This document shows, piece by piece, positions 28,086 to 39,409 of a stretch of 64,000 bases of DNA. Where the stretch lies: the NCBI GenBank assembly GCA_965235115.1, contig OZ249440.1:34040001-34104000 (forward strand), in the 5' to 3' direction. This DNA comes from Laetmonice hystrix. Taxonomy: Eukaryota. The position numbers and the translations under genes were made by a program. Below the pieces are notes generated by a model that ran no database searches, was not told the DNA's origin, and was given only the letters and a program-made list of their open reading frames with translations. Position 1 is the stretch's first letter. Each line of letters starts with the position of its first letter.

Positions 28086-28349
28086 CAGGGCCGGATCCAA
28101 GATTGTTTTTAAAGTAGTTGTCCAGCCAAAGAGACCCAAGGACTGACATGTGAAAAAAACCCACTTTATTATCAAGATACATTGTAGGCCTATTACACTT
28201 GAACTCTGAAAAATACTGTTCACAAGAACAAATCAAGATGCAAGGGGACATTTAAGGATTTAAGGACTTTTAAGGATTTCTAAGGGGGACTCGTAAACCC
28301 CACAAGCCCCCCCCCCCCTCCCCGCTCATCCCAACTGGATCCGGCCCTG
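28086..28349. mobile_element. Non-autonomous DNA transposon (MITE), hAT-like termini
   Basis: 14-bp TIR CAGGGCCGGATCCA / TGGATCCGGCCCTG; imperfect 5-bp flanks ATGTT/ATTTT. Confidence 0.65.
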
Positions 28350-28536
28350 ATTTTTCTCTTTGCTGACACGCACTTCAACAGACATGGCACCTTTTTGATG
28401 GTAAGGTCTATGGTCCAGTTTGGTGACACACTCTCTGACAAACATGATGTGGTTCCTCTTTATTGACACATTTTGATGTTTTCTACCAGTGCCCCATTGT
28501 GACACAGATGATGGTGATGTTCCCATTTGGTTGTAG

Positions 28537-29336
28537 ATTGTGTACAGATCCTGGAGGCATGGCTGGGGACTGGTGAAGATCCCTGCAGTGACGCAGATCT
28601 GGTGCCTGGGGCCCGCCCACACCTCAGCTCAGACACTGCCAAAGTCAAGAAAAGCCCGCTCGGGTTCATTGCAGAACTGTTCAGGCCCAGGAAAACGAGG
28701 GGAAACCCTGTGGACCTTCGCACCTACGACAACCAGACTTCCAGCAAAACGCCTGCAGGCAGTGGTGAGTCAAGTAATAGTGCAGCCATCATTCCGCCAG
28801 GGAGTGGTGCCCATCATGCCACCACAGGGGCAAGGTCGGCCAACACACAGCTCAGCATGGTTCGATGCCAGAATGAGTCGGATATGTTGATCTCCTTAGA
28901 GAAACTCTATGTATCCCGGGAGGACAACCCGTTGACCACAGTCAGAAAAAAAAACAACAACTATGAATTGGGAGAGATCCAAGCCTCACACTCTTCGAAT
29001 GTGGCACTCGGTGTGGGTAGACAGGTGCTGCCACCGCGTGGGTCTGAGGTGGACCACAGCCACTTGATCCAGAACTCATCTCTGGCACTGCAACGTGGTG
29101 GACCGCCAGCGGAGGAGTCACCTGGATTGGGTGTGTGGCCGGTGGGAGCAGTGGGGCTGGGGGCGGGGCCAGGGCCGGAGGGGGCGTGGCCCCAGGAGAG
29201 GGACCATGGGCGGTTGGAAGAAAATGCGGCCACCATCCTGGCCCTTTCACAGCAGAGCACGCCCTCCCAGCTCTCCCACCCTCAACTTACCGCGGCCCTG
29301 CCACCATCAACATCTCTGGCTCCCATCGCCACAAAG
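28537..29336 (+). CDS. Internal coding exon of an unidentified host gene (low-complexity, S/P/G-rich)
   Basis: 800-bp GC-rich open frame bounded by TTGTAG| acceptor and AAG|GTTTGT donor; composition turns AT-rich right after the donor; joins in frame to exon 37811. Confidence 0.65.
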
Positions 29337-29379
29337 GTTTGTCAGCCTTACTTATATATTATTGTTCAAATTGAATTTT

Positions 29380-29770
29380 TGGAAGAAAATCTCGAAAAGT
29401 ACTCGCTCATTCCCATAGAAAATGGCGGCAAACGAAAGGCCATATATGACTTCCTATCTGTTACTAATAGTAGCTATTCTGTTATCTTGCACCATTTTCA
29501 AGTTATGAGCCAAACGAGTGTTATTTGGTGGGGGGGGGGGGCAAAAAACAAACATGGCCGCCATATTTGCGCTCAGCTAGCGGCCATTTTTAATATCAAA
29601 TATTTATTTGACGTGCATAATTATCAGACTGTACCTGATCATTGTGTAAAGTTTCATACATTTTGACCAATGTATGTTTGAGAAATCACTGTTTACAGTA
29701 CATACTTACGTACATGTACAGACAGAGGACAAATTTGAAGCCCCCGCCCCTTTGGATTGGGGCTAAAAAC
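29380..29770. repeat. Possible Helentron-associated (HINE-like) interspersed repeat
   Basis: Ends in a CATA/CAGA-like microsatellite followed by the GC hairpin AGCCCC...GGGGCT and AAAAA; family assignment is from recollection only. Confidence 0.3.
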
Positions 29771-30446
29771 GTAGTTATGTAACCTTGTTATGACCAGATA
29801 CATATTTAGAGTGATTTTCTTTTTAAATGCACCGGCATCAGGCGTAACCCAGTTACTTTGAGAATGCCCGGAAAAGTTGTATAGTCCTCTACTGGAACTG
29901 AACCCCAGCCCCAAGATTACTGCACCCATTTGCATAGCATAAGGTATTAACGCCCATGCCCACTCGGCCACCTTGTAAGTGAGGGAGGGAATTGAAGGTT
30001 TTACGCCTGGTCGACAGTTCCATTTCAGTCATATTCAGGGTGATAGGGACCATTTAATTCAGTCAAGGGACCTATGTTTTCCGTGAGTCCCAGGGGATGA
30101 CGAGGATGAAGTCAGAAAGAAATCTGCCACTGTAAGGCAATCCCGTACTCTTTTCGAAAAATGGCAAAGGATCTTTTGTATATGACATGGCTGGACATAC
30201 TAAGGCCTTTCATGACCCAGCTGCGGAACACTGGGGAGGGCCAGTGAGTAAAAGTTGTACTGGAATGATGGAAATCCATCTGTGCCACGCAGATGATTTT
30301 GCAATCCAACATTCGACCACTTCCTCACACTAACCCTCACCCCATTGGTTGCCTTTTATGAACAGGCAGGGGTTGAGCTGAGGATCATTCTTACCCCTGA
30401 TCCCCTGAAGGGGGCGACTTATTTATTAAAGCATGAAGGGGTATTT

Positions 30447-33400
30447 TAGGCCGTGGGCCCCAGGTACTAAATGTGGCTAGAAATCGATTTTCGTGACCAT
30501 ACTCGGAAGACTACTTGAAATTGGAAGTTTCTAGACAATTCCGACCTGTAGAATCCGAATTTGATTGTTGTCAAGTCCAATTCTTGCACAATACGGAGCT
30601 AGATGGCATTTTGGGTGAAAATCGCCTTTTTTTAAATTCGTCTCAAATTCAATGAAATTGCTAATAGCGTCGAAGATATTCCAGAGGGAGGCTTCAACCT
30701 TGTTATGCCATGACCCAGGACATAGGGGAAGACATTGAATGGACAAAAATAGTGAAACTTCAGGTCTCAATAAACGAAAACACGTTTTTGGGAGAAAAAA
30801 ATGCGTTTTTGCAATTTTTTTTATTTAAAAAATCATAAAATGCACTAAATGCAGTGGCAATTTTTTTTTCAATAGGAATCGGATCCTGATAACATAAGAC
30901 AGTTTTTGGGAAAGTTTCATGACATTTGACATAAAAATAATGACATAAAAAAAATCTCTACCATCACTCATCACATTAACATTGCAATATTATCGGCCTT
31001 TTCATATATAAGTTATAAGGCCGGAAATCAACTCTCTTGACCCATATCATACCATGACCCTTTTGGAAGTTTCTCAACTTCTTCGATTTTGGAGCTTTAT
31101 AGCAGGTTTTGGTCAGAATTGCACTTTCTTTTCTAAGATTAGCCCCTAGACAGACAAAATTACTAATTACATTCTGGATGTTCCTCATACAGCACTCAAA
31201 CATCATCTGCCCTGAGCTACATGACAAATTGCAATACCAAGACATGATGCAAATAATAAAATACATTTTTTTTTCAGAACATAGTATATATTCACATTTT
31301 GAGGTAACAATTAAAAAAATCTGGCCATTTTTACTTCCCATGATTATGCGCCTCTGATGTCATTTGAAAATATTTGACCAAGTGTTAATAGCACTGCATT
31401 AGATATCCTCATCAGAATCACTATCTGACTGATCGTTCATGAGGGACTATTCTGGTGTGGCAGACGTAATGTTCAGGCAGTCTGAACAGGCACACATATC
31501 CGTACATGAAATGTTTTTACTGAAACAGGAGCACCTGTTGTTTAGGCAGTGAGATTTTTTACAACTACAGGAGACTTTCTCCAGCAGCTCATTTGGAATT
31601 GGCTCCTTGGCCATCCACTTGATTTTTAGGCCCTCTTCTCCCATATCCCATTCATGGCCAGCAGGATTTGGAGCCTGAATAAAGTGATTCATGGCTCGAC
31701 GATGAATAGCTGTTTGGTAGTTGGATCGGGCTGAATGGAGTCGAAGTCTGATGTGGGTGGAAGGCTTTGCTCACATAACGACTTCATGCAAAACACTTTG
31801 TACCTTGCTTTATCAATGTTTTTGCCCGGCTGTCCATACAGTGAACAAACAAATTCCTCAAGAGATGATGCAAGATCATCAGAAAGGGTGAACTGATCAC
31901 CAAGTTCAGTGAAACAATTCTGGAAGGCCTCGCTTTCCTTGACCAAGGTGAATGGACGAACCTTTCCTTTCCCATGAAAGGCACTAGTGCTGTCACATCC
32001 ACTGAAGACATGAATTCCTGGGAGGGCTGCACACAATCTTGGTCCAATTTTGGCAGACATGTTGGTGATGTTGATGACATGAGTATGTTGCTTACTTCCA
32101 GTTCTGAGAAAGAGAGGGTGAATTTGGCTGGCCTGAGCAAGAAGTATAATGGCAACATCTGTGTCTGGGCTTTGGACGAGTATTAAAAGACCCGGGCGTG
32201 TGACATATTTGCAGTGTAGTGCTATTCTTGTGTCTGCCTCTTCGTGATCACATGACAAATCTTCAACAAGTTCAGATACAACAAGTTCAGATACAACTCC
32301 CAGTTCATGATCTTCAGTAATACGATGACACTGATCTCCATGTGTCACATATAGGACGATGTTCCCAAGTTGACTAGCAGCACATTTACAGAAACATGTA
32401 CACAGGAACTCAATGAGGGACTCCTTGTTTTTGCCATCCGAAAGAAAGCTGTCCCACTGTTTTGGTACCTTCTGGTCTTCGCTAAATATATATCGAAGAT
32501 GTGGTGCTGATGAAGTGGAAGACCTACGGAGGTGCTCTGCAAATTAATGCTGTTTTCAGGATAGCGGTCAAAGACGATGTGTACCTCTGGATGTTTGTAG
32601 CGTTTTGCCTGAGTGACAACCTTAGTCAGCACTTGCATTGCAAGTTGTCTGAAGGTTTCAGGCAAAGTGCTCACTGGCATTGTATGGATCAATGCCATTC
32701 CATCAATGATTAGAGCTGATTCAGATGGAATATCCTCTTTTTCTGTGTCACTATAGTGTTCTTCCAAGTAATGTAGCAGGGCAGCCTTATTAGTCTTTGC
32801 GAGGGACCCATTTGTTGTTGCAAGTGGGTACGAGACGGGTCCAAGAGAATGTGAAAGGACATTCCTCATGTCAATTTTGCTATTTCTTCCTATGATGAGG
32901 AGACGAATGAACATTTTCCTGTCACTCTGTAGCGTTATTTCCTTTCCTGACTTTTTTGTCTTCATCTTCAATTGGTCAGAAAATGTCTGCAGCTTCATCT
33001 TGGGAAACCAGTTTTTGTAGACTGGATACGGTCATCCAAGAATCCTGTGAGAGCTGTTTCCCCACGTTCATGGGCATCCTGAAGATCCTTTGAAACAGAA
33101 GGCATGGCAACAACCCCCGAGCTAATACTGACAAGTTCACTTGTATCATATGTGAAAGGATTTATCATCTGATCGATGCATTCCATAACATTTTGGACTG
33201 CTGTTTCATGTTGCTGCCGTGCTGTTTGGTCAAGGTCTTTTCGAGATCTCCCAGCATCATGCAGCCCTGCCATCTTTTCACATTCGCGGGCAATGGCAGC
33301 ACGCTGACTTTGGCTGAGAATCCATCTCTGAACAGCGTTACGATTCAAAGTAATACCTCTGATACCACCAGCAGTTTTGGAGTCACGATTACAAGTTTGC

Positions 33401-36400
33401 TCGATGACTTGATCACATGCTGTGGCTGAAAAACCGTAATGTGCTTGCTGCTACACCGTCCACCCCCCAGACATCATACAGTTGTCATAGATATCAGGAT
33501 GGGTCACTGGAAGATTCTGCATTTCTACCCAGTATGCTGGCAAATAACGAGCATAATGCGTTCTGTCGTATGCAGAGTACCATGGAAGCATTGAACGCAC
33601 TGCAGCAATGTGTAACTTCCAATCAGATTGACGCGTTGCACGGATAAAAACAAGGATCAGTCCCACCATTTCGATGTATGAGCTCCAGAAAGCAAACGCA
33701 CTGTGTCCAGTTTTCATTCGGCAAACGTAAGCCTCATAAGCTTTAACAATCTCAGCCCACTCACTGCAGAAGCAAGAGTCTTTGAACAGTGGAGAAGGTT
33801 CATGATGTATCGGTTCAATTTGTCCCTATCCACATCAGATAAGGTATCAAGAAATGCTCTGAACCGCAACCTTTGCATCGCCTCAAACACCAACTTGTGA
33901 GCTCTAATGGCCCTGTTGTACTGTTTTCCTTCAAGCACAGCATTTACTGAACCATGAGCAACAATCCTTGCTTCTATAAGCACATCAAAAAGGCCAGCAT
34001 CTCGGAACCGCCGCCCCAAAATTGACAAAAATGACATGACTGTGTGGAATTCTCTGAGGCGAATTATCGGGCGATTACTGAATAAGTCTGTTTTCCATCG
34101 GATTTCCTGAGCTTTTGCATAGATTGCCTGGTCGAAGACTACGACAACATTTTGAAGATCAAGTTTGTCAGCAATTTCAATGCTATGTGTCAAAATTGTA
34201 TTGACTGTATCCATTTCTGTGGGAGACGCCTCAATAACTGGGAGATAGGCAACGGTAGACTTGATAAGCTCATCGTTATCATAAAGAACTGTATTGAAAC
34301 CAGTCCAGCCTGGCAGGTTATGAGCTCCTTGGTCGACATCCTTCATGACAGCATAAGCCAAGTCGAGACAGTGGTGAGATGGAAGTGGAGTAGGTAACCT
34401 TCTCTGGTTAAATCAACCCGAGGGTCTGCTGGTGATGGCCCCTGTCTACTTCCTCTTTGATATGGCACAAGGAAAGATGGAACACTTGACAGTGTCTTCT
34501 GTTTCCTCTTATAGGATGGGCGAGAGGTGATCTGCTGGCCTCTTGATTCTTCATGCTGAATCATTATCCCATTTGTGTGGTGGGTGGTCCCAGACCCAGT
34601 GACAGTTTCTTCTACAAAATCAATGTTGTCCCAAACAAGACCAGTATTTTTTTCCTTCTGGAAACCTTCTGGAACATACACTAGTCCCTGATCAAGCTGC
34701 AACTGGGCAAGAGCAGTTTCAAAGGCAAGTGTGGTTGAATGTGATGCACAGTGGCTAAACCTATTTAGCAAACCAAGCACTCGAGTTGAACCTGTCAGAT
34801 GTCTCACCGTTAGGCCTAGACACAGAGATTTCGGTGTTGTCTTGGTCCCCTTAGACTGCAAAAACACAACATCCTGTAGTAAGGATAAGATTTTGAGATG
34901 AATGCTTTCTGGGACATTTACATACTTCTCAAGTGTAGGCTCATCTGAAATTCCTATTGTCCACACTAACATATTATACAATGATATCGGAACAATGTCC
35001 TCAGCAGCCTTAACATTTAGATCAGCTGATATGGGTGGCCAAGGTACTTGCATGCCAGTACTGCCGGATAGTTCTGACCTCAGCATCATCGCACCATTGT
35101 ATAGTGTGTAGAGAGATGTAGTTGGAACATGTTTAGCAGGAGAGCCCCCAGCTTCACTCTCCGTACCGGTATCTTCTGTTTCCGTGCTGGAATGATGTGC
35201 TTCCTCCACCAAGGATCCAACTGATATATTTTCCACAAAAACCAGTTCACTTGCATTACGTTTTGATGGTTGATGAAATGTCAGCTGTGGGTACTTCCAT
35301 TTTAGTTGTTCCTTAAGTCTCCCACTCCTGAGAATACACAAAATACATAACAAAAAAAGGATTAGCATTGACCTTTTCTAGCAGATGCGAAAACCTTTCT
35401 AAACAATGAATGTGTAAAAAGGAGGAAAAAACTCTAAGAGCCACTTTTGTACAGTTTATAGTAAACACAAACAGCATATACAATAATAATCATAAATTAT
35501 TAATGATAGTATGAATATTTTACATAAAAATACAATTAATCTACGAAAATATATTTATTATGACTCAAATAGGGTATATAATTTTCTTCTGAGCAGAAGA
35601 AATAAGTACAGTGTCAGATAATCAGTGGAGAGCCATAAAAATTTAGGAGCCCACCAGAACCATCTAAGTAGGGTGGTGGGAGCTTGACAACATATCAGCG
35701 AGGCTTTCGCTTGGACCACTAACCTACTGAAACTAAAATGAAAGTACTTACCTATATGAAGGTAGAGTAATTCCTTCCTGCTCCTTGACCGTCCTGACGA
35801 ACATCTCAGTCAGTTTTGCTAATCGGAACACCTCATGCTCACGAATAATTTTTCTTTCCACAATATTTTCAAAAAAAAATTCAAATGACTTCTTATAAAG
35901 AGCAGATGGCATTTCAGACCTGCAGAGAAAATATAAAATGGTAAGTAATCGTAAAATTTGTGAATATCTTGTTTCTTAGGACAGGTTTGACTTGAACAGA
36001 ATAATCACGTAAAAGAGTCCATAATAAATTCCGGTACTCACTCTTTTTTGTCTCCTTTACGATGCAAGAACTGGGAGTAGTTTCTGTAGCAACTTTTATG
36101 GTATTTGACTTCAAGTGCCACACAGTCCTGTCCTCTGATATGTACAAGTATGCTTTCATCAGCTTTCATTTCAGCTGCCTGTCTCACCAAACCTATAAAC
36201 AGTAATCCAAAAAACAGAACAATCCTTATTAAATCAGCCAGAATATTCAAGATGAAATGCATGTTAATGTCTCTGGTGAACAAATGGTGTAAATCACTTG
36301 CTATAATTGTTTTAAAATAAAATAATCCTTGTTAATCCTTAATACAACCCACATTTTATTCAGTCTCGCATTGCTAAACATGATACAAAATACCTTATGA

Positions 36401-37534
36401 ATGAATAGCTATGATTGTTGATAGTATGATTGTTCGAACCGATTAATTTCACATTCAAAACAACCGATATTGAAAATCACTAACCAAGTGCCAAATTGAT
36501 TAGCGATTGTTGCTAATTAAAATTTTGAAAAAATGTGTGCTGCAATACTAATGAATAATTAGCAAATACCATAAATAAAATCACACAACCCTCGTGCCAC
36601 TCGTGCCTCCACAGACACAATTTAGAAATTGACTAGTGAATCAATCCCATCGGCATAATAAATGTAATCTCACCCTTAAATTGTGATAGTTTTCTAAGAC
36701 TTACCAGCATCAACAGTTTCAGTTTGGACAAGTCTATCTCTGATGCGTTTCCTTCCCGAGGATACGAATACTTCCTTCTTCTTGCATACAATGCAAATAT
36801 CTGGCAACACGTGCTTGACACGAGATGGGGCTGCTTGGCCCAGCACCAGAAAGGGTTCTGCTGAGCGTAATGTCCTGCTACTAGCAGTTGAGGACGGAGT
36901 AACCTGTGATGTTGAAGGTATTGGAATGGGACCTGTGGCTTCTTCACTGCGCTGAACCTGCCTCTCCTTTTCATGTTTCCATTTTTCGGCCCTTGCAATT
37001 CTTGTTATGTTTGTGAAATGAGAATAGCAGCTCCTGTGATATCCGTATCCCACTTTCACTACATCCAACAATGGCTTCGACCACATGTCCACGTGTTCCA
37101 CAGAAATCTGCCTCTCCCTGCAATCCTTGAGGTCTTTCCATCTTTCTGCACAGTCGTTTGCGTTCTTCCAACTTAGCGCTGTGAAGTTAGTCACTTTAGA
37201 CCTTTCTTTGACAAATACATGAACCAAACAAGTCATTTTTTAGGCCCTCCCGGGTCGTCTTCCACCTGGCTCGCCGTCGCCATCTTTGCATTCTTGGATT
37301 TTTATTTATTATAATGAGGGACACACACCCTTGTACGCGTAATCTGATTGGCCAAGAGGATACGAAATAGTTCCAGTTTTAATTCCCGTTTTTTATTCAT
37401 TGTGCAACTTTTGCACATTACAACAAGTGAATTTGTCTTTAGTACCAACTTATACAACTATTTCATGCAGAGTTAAATAGTCTCACTGTTATGGTCACGA
37501 AAGTGAATGATAATCGACGACGGCCCACGGCCTA
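30447..37534 (-). mobile_element. AcademX-type DNA transposon, full-length (7088 bp), decayed
   Basis: Perfect 13-bp TIRs TAGGCCGTGGGCC (30447-30459) / GGCCCACGGCCTA (37522-37534); 3-bp TSD TTT on both sides; encodes transposase + XPG/FEN1-like nuclease + Cys-rich C-terminal finger, the architecture described for AcademX. Confidence 0.88.
31399..37236 (-). pseudogene. Academ transposase / XPG-like nuclease / Cys8 finger polyprotein, 4 exons, frameshifted
   Basis: Exons 37236-36705, 36192-36042, 35919-35752 and 35327-31399, with GT-AG introns in matching phases. Motifs: KYHKSCY, WDNIDFVEET..GSGTTH, VFDQAIYAKA, FIRATRQSDWKLH, IIDGMA, VFDRY, HEEADTR, SPDTDV, SGCDSTSAFHGKGK, CSCKKSHCLNNRCSC..CTDMCAC. 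The last exon is broken into about 7 ORFs by stops and frameshifts. Confidence 0.85.
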
Positions 37535-37810
37535 TTTCCTAGCCTGGGGCGGATTAAGGGTACCTTGGCTGCAAACAGATTTTTTTGCATGATGGGCCCC
37601 ATCAAGGCATGGGTCCCAGGGCGGCCGCCTCAATCGCCCAATGGTTAATGTTCCTAGTAAGTATTATCTATCGTCTATCATATGACTCTCAGGGAGTGTC
37701 TCTCCCCCTTACATGTTCTCAAACTCATGTTATCTTAGCTGGGTTCCTGACTAGCTTTACCATGTGAAATGTAATCCAATGAGTGTTTAATCTTTGCGTG
37801 GTTTTGACAG

Positions 37811-38114
37811 GTCGGGACGGATTTGAACCCACTTCAGTCGAGGAGATCTCCAATAGTGCCACCACCTGGGTTACCTCCCTCAGCGGTCCAAGGGGAGCCA
37901 CGGGTTACGACCTCAAGACCAAACCCTGTCCAGCTCGGAACACACCCTATCCGTACACACCCTGTGCAGCTCGGGACACACTCTGTCCAGCTCGGAACAC
38001 ACCCTATCCGGACACACCCTGTCCAGCTTGGGGCACACCCTGTCCAGCTTGGGACACACTCTGTCCAGCTCGCCCCGATAAAGGGCCCCTTGCCTCCACC
38101 GTCTCCACACATCG
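37811..38114 (+). CDS. Next coding exon of the same host gene, Pro-rich with THPVQLG repeats
   Basis: TTTTGACAG| acceptor and ATCG|GTAAGT donor; phase-0 join gives ...PIATK|VGTDLNPLQSRRSPIVPPPG... with no stop. Confidence 0.65.
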
Positions 38115-38299
38115 GTAAGTCAGTTTTCAATTCACACAACTCAACAACAGAATTCCTTGTACAAACTTTTATTTTTCTACTTTGCCACTTTCGTGACCAA
38201 CGAAATACAGGCAACGCAGACCCCCCCCCCCCCCCCCCCCGATGCTTCAGGTGAGGGAGCGCCAAACAATCATAAGGATGCCGCATGATTCCTAGCCTT

Positions 38300-39400
38300 T
38301 TTATTAACATCCATTCCATTTCAACGACCCTAGCATGACACTCTCTAGATTCACAAGTTCCCCCTAAAGTTTCAGGTGAGGGAACTTGAAACTACACGTC
38401 CATCCATACCCCTCGTGTATGGTAATTCCTTTTTCTTCAGTTGGCTCAAATGAAGAAGTCAGAGACTCATCCCCTGACATATTTTGAACATTTTCTTGAC
38501 GTCCAGGCAAGGTATCCCTCACATTATGCCTTCTATACTGATGGCTCAAAGGATGGTGGTGATGTGTCTGTGGCAGCAGTTCATGGCAAGCACAACTTCG
38601 GTGCTCGCATCACAGGGCAAAGTTCCATCTTCTCAGCAGAGGCCCGGGCCCTGCTTCTTGCCCTTCAAAGTATTGAAATTTCTGACAAAAAGGACTTCCT
38701 CATTTTCTCGGATTCCTTATCCTGTCTTTAAGCACTTGCTAACTTGAAAACAGATCACCCAGTGATCGTTCACATCTTGACCAAGTTGGCAGTGCTTGCC
38801 AATGCAAACTTTGATATTCAATTTTGCTGGGTGCCCGGTCATGTTGGCATCCCGGGCAATGAGCACGCCGACAGAACTGCCAAGAGAGCTCTTGAAACAG
38901 ACGTCGAACTGTGTCCAATCCCAGCCTCTGACATTAGACCTACCATCTGGGCTGACGTTAAGAACAAATGGCAGGCTGCATGGGATGAACAATCAGATCA
39001 GTCCCGTCGTGAACCAAAGGTATCATCATGGCCTAACCCAACGTAGGCATGAAATTGTTTTTACTCGATGCAGAGTTGGTCATTCTAGATTAACCCACGT
39101 GTTTTTATTGAAGGGGGAGCCGCCTCCTGAATGTTATGGCTGTCGGTGTCCTTTGACACTGAAGCTTCTTTTACTTGAGTGTGGTGATTTTACTCTGATC
39201 AGACAACGGTTTTATAATGAGACAAGTCTTAAGGATCTTATTAGCAACGTCAGACCAGGAGTGATTTTGGAGTTTTTGTCAGAGGCTGGACTTCTGTCTC
39301 TTTTATAGATAGTGTTTTGGTGGTGTTCCCGTTGGGACCGGGGATAAAGTAGGTTCCTTTGGTTTTATGGTCTTTTTTAACTCTGTTTTCGCCGTGAAGA
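38300..39400 (+). mobile_element. 5'-truncated RNase H-bearing non-LTR retrotransposon (I group: I/Nimb-like), decayed
   Basis: FYTDGSK, SSIFSAEA, IFSDSLS, WVPGHVGIPGNEHAD (RNase H) followed by RVGHSRLTH...PPECYGC..LT.KLLLLEC (C-terminal zinc finger); internal stop and frameshift. Confidence 0.88.
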
Positions 39401-39409
39401 TGGCCCTGG

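Noticed and set aside
29337..29666. C-terminal part of the 379-aa ORF
   Set aside because: Lies past a splice donor in AT-rich, repeat-like sequence; likely intron read-through.
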